64,000 nt of DNA, taken from assembly GCF_003790525.1 (NCBI RefSeq), contig NZ_CP033635.1. One strand, 5' to 3'. The notes beneath the pieces were generated by a model that made no database searches, was not told the DNA's origin, and saw nothing but the letters and a program-made list of their open reading frames with translations. Source of the stretch: Escherichia coli (GTDB lineage: Bacteria > Pseudomonadota > Gammaproteobacteria > Enterobacterales > Enterobacteriaceae). This document shows positions 60,742-64,000 of this stretch, in pieces; position 1 is the first letter of the stretch; every line of letters starts with the position of its first letter. The position numbers were made by a program, and so were the translations under genes.

Positions 60742-61488
60742 ATGAGCCAATATCTGATTTTTCAGCTTCATGGGCCAATGGCATCCTGGGGCGTTGATGC
60801 ACCCGGTGAGGTGCGTCATAGCCATGAACTGCCTTCGCGTTCAGCATTGCTGGGGCTGCTGGCTGCCGGGGTAGGGATACGGCGTGATGACACCGAATGC
60901 TTAAACGCGTTTAATCGCCACTATTCACTGGTGGTTTGCGCCAGCCGTAACCCGCGCTGGGCACGGGATTATCACACGGTCCAGATGCCAAAAGAGGTGC
61001 GTAAAGCGCGTTATTTCAGCCGTCGCGAAGAGTTGAGCGACCCTGATCTTCTAAGCGCGATTATCTCCCGGCGCGACTACTACACCGATGCCTGGTGGAT
61101 GGTGGCCGTGGCAACAACAGCTGATGCGCCTTACAGCCTCGAACAGTTGCAGGAAGGTTTACGCCATCCGGTTTTTCCGCTTTATCTGGGGCGAAAAAGC
61201 CATCCGCTGGCATTACCCCTTGCGCCGTTACTGCTCGAAGGCAACGCGTCTGATGCCTTACGTAACGCATACCAACAGTATCAGGATCGTTTCCACGAAC
61301 TAAAAGTCTCACTCCCGAAACTTCAGGATGAATGCTGGTGGGAAGGGGAGCACGATGGCCTGGTCTCGAGCAAAATATTACGCCGCCGGGATGTTCCTTT
61401 AAATCGTCAGCAGTGGCTGTTTGGGGAACGCACCGTCAATCAGGGGCCGTGGCTCAGCAAGGAGGAACCATGTACCTCTCAAGAATAA
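60742..61488 (+). CDS. casD: Cascade subunit Cas5/CasD
   Basis: 248 aa; operon position; N-terminal LIFQLHGPMASWG resembles the K-12 CasD N-terminus. Confidence 0.8.
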   Translation: MSQYLIFQLHGPMASWGVDAPGEVRHSHELPSRSALLGLLAAGVGIRRDDTECLNAFNRHYSLVVCASRNPRWARDYHTVQMPKEVRKARYFSRREELSDPDLLSAIISRRDYYTDAWWMVAVATTADAPYSLEQLQEGLRHPVFPLYLGRKSHPLALPLAPLLLEGNASDALRNAYQQYQDRFHELKVSLPKLQDECWWEGEHDGLVSSKILRRRDVPLNRQQWLFGERTVNQGPWLSKEEPCTSQE

Positions 61489-62116
61489 CCTTACATACCG
61501 GCCAGCTTTCGCCTGCGCAGTTGCTGCATCTGGTGGATCGCGGGGAATATGTGATGCATCAGTGGCTGTGGGATCTTTTTCCTGGCGGCAAAGAAAGGCA
61601 ATTTCTTTATCGTCGGGAAGAACTCCAGGGCGCGTTTCGCTTTTTTGTCCTGTCGCAGGAACGCCCGGCGGAAAGTGAAACGTTCACCATCGAATGCCGG
61701 TCATTTGCGCCTGAACTGCATACCGGACAATCCCTTTGTTTCAACCTGCGGGCGAATCCAACAGTCTGTAAAGCGGGTAAGCGCCACGATCTGCTGATGG
61801 AGGCGAAACGGCAGGTGAGGGGGCAGGCGGAAGGAAGAAATGTCTGGTTGCATCAACAACAGGCGGCGCTGGACTGGCTGGCAGCGCAGGGGGAGAGAAG
61901 CGGTTTTACACTGCTGGATACCTCGGTCGATGCCTACCGACAACAGCAACTGCGGCGGGAAAACTCCCGGCAACTGATCCAGTTCAGTAGCGTGGATTAT
62001 ACAGGGATGCTTACAGTCACCGATCCAGGGTTATTTCTGCAACGTCTCTGCCTGGGGTATGGCAAAAGCCGGGCGTTCGGCTGTGGTCTGATGTTAATCA
62101 AACCCGGAGCAGAGGC

Positions 62117-62120
<4 letters not shown>
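61470..62120 (+). CDS. casE: CRISPR RNA endoribonuclease Cas6e/CasE
   Basis: 216 aa from MYLSRITLHTGQ with AGGAGG RBS; ends GCGLMLIKP; track start 61332 is an extension. Confidence 0.85.
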
Positions 62121-63330
<1,210 letters not shown>

Positions 63331-63426
63331 GTTACCCGTTCTTTAAAAATAAGGAAAAGTTTGAATTTAGTTGGTAGATTGTTGTTGTGGAATAAAATTG
63401 TTTAAAAACAGATACGTATGCTTAGT
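63331..63426 (+). promoter_or_regulatory. CRISPR leader (AT-rich)
   Basis: 96-bp AT-rich segment between cas2 stop and first repeat. Confidence 0.7.
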
Positions 63427-64000
63427 GTGTTCCCTGCGCCAGCGGGGATAAACCGGTGACCATAAGGGCATTTCATACTGCCTTGCTGTGTTCCCTGCGC
63501 CAGCGGGGATAAACCGGTGAACGTGACAACGCCCGCGACAGAAACGTCGTGTTCCCTGCGCCAGCGGGGATAAACCGGGAAGAAGCGGTAAAGCGGGTTC
63601 CAGTTCAGCGTGTTCCCTGCGCCAGCGGGGATAAACCGAAATTAATTTCGAAACGGGCGTTGATGGTGAAGTGTTCCCTGCGCCAGCGGGGATAAACCGG
63701 CTGGCGCACCTTACGCAAAAATAGACGTAAAGTGTTCCCTGCGCCAGCGGGGATAAACCGCCAGGGAGCGAAGCTGTGGCCATGCTGAAAGGGTGTTCCC
63801 TGCGCCAGCGGGGATAAACCGGGGTTCTATTTCCTCGGGATTTGCCGACACGCGTGTTCCCTGCGCCAGCGGGGATAAACCGGTCAACGCTGGTCAGGCG
63901 TGGTACTTCCTCCGGTGTTCCCTGCGCCAGCGGGGATAAACCGGCTGCCGCGCTTTCGGTGTGGGAGCAGTATGAGTGTTCCCTGCGCCAGCGGGGATAA
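63427..64000 (+). CRISPR. type I-E CRISPR array, at least 10 repeats (9 complete, 10th truncated by window end), 61-bp period
   Basis: identical 29-bp repeats GTGTTCCCTGCGCCAGCGGGGATAAACCG starting at 63427, 63488, 63549, 63610, 63671, 63732, 63793, 63854, 63915, 63976; nine unique 32-bp spacers. Confidence 0.97.

Noticed and set aside
61332-61469. N-terminal extension of casE overlapping casD
   Set aside because: The AGGAGG RBS and the ATG at 61470 (MYLSRITL) give a Cas6e of expected size; the extension is the casD reading region in another frame
63456-63975. Self-targeting by spacers against sequence in this window
   Set aside because: I could not identify any spacer match within the window by eye; this needs a computational search and is not claimed

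Overview
This window is an Escherichia coli-type chromosomal segment, read here in the reverse orientation relative to the K-12 map, running sdaB-sdaC-ppnN-queF-syd-csrB-yqcC-truC-yqcA-gudPXD-barA-rlmD-relA-mazEFG-pyrG-eno, then a variable region, then the ygc cluster, queD, cysJIH and a type I-E CRISPR-Cas locus. All calls come from reading the translations and the DNA by eye; no database search was run, and gene names rest on recalled similarity to E. coli K-12 proteins. The conserved backbone is ordinary. The accessory content is: (1) an IS4 copy inserted into the eno terminator hairpin; (2) a four-gene lemA plus three TPM-domain (YgcG-like) paralogue operon; (3) a complete scrKYABR sucrose regulon between queE and ygcE, where K-12 as I recall carries its second CRISPR array; (4) a Hok-family type I toxin gene between cysH and cas3 with an IS186 copy inserted 21 bp after its stop codon; (5) a complete type I-E cas operon (cas3, cse1, cse2, cas7, cas5, cas6e, cas1, cas2) whose Cas3 and Cascade proteins differ from the K-12 versions, followed by a CRISPR array of at least 10 identical 29-bp repeats with 32-bp spacers that runs off the window end. 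I found no clearly novel system; the most interesting items are the hok/IS186/cas3 junction, the lemA-TPM operon and the scr island at the CRISPR2 site.
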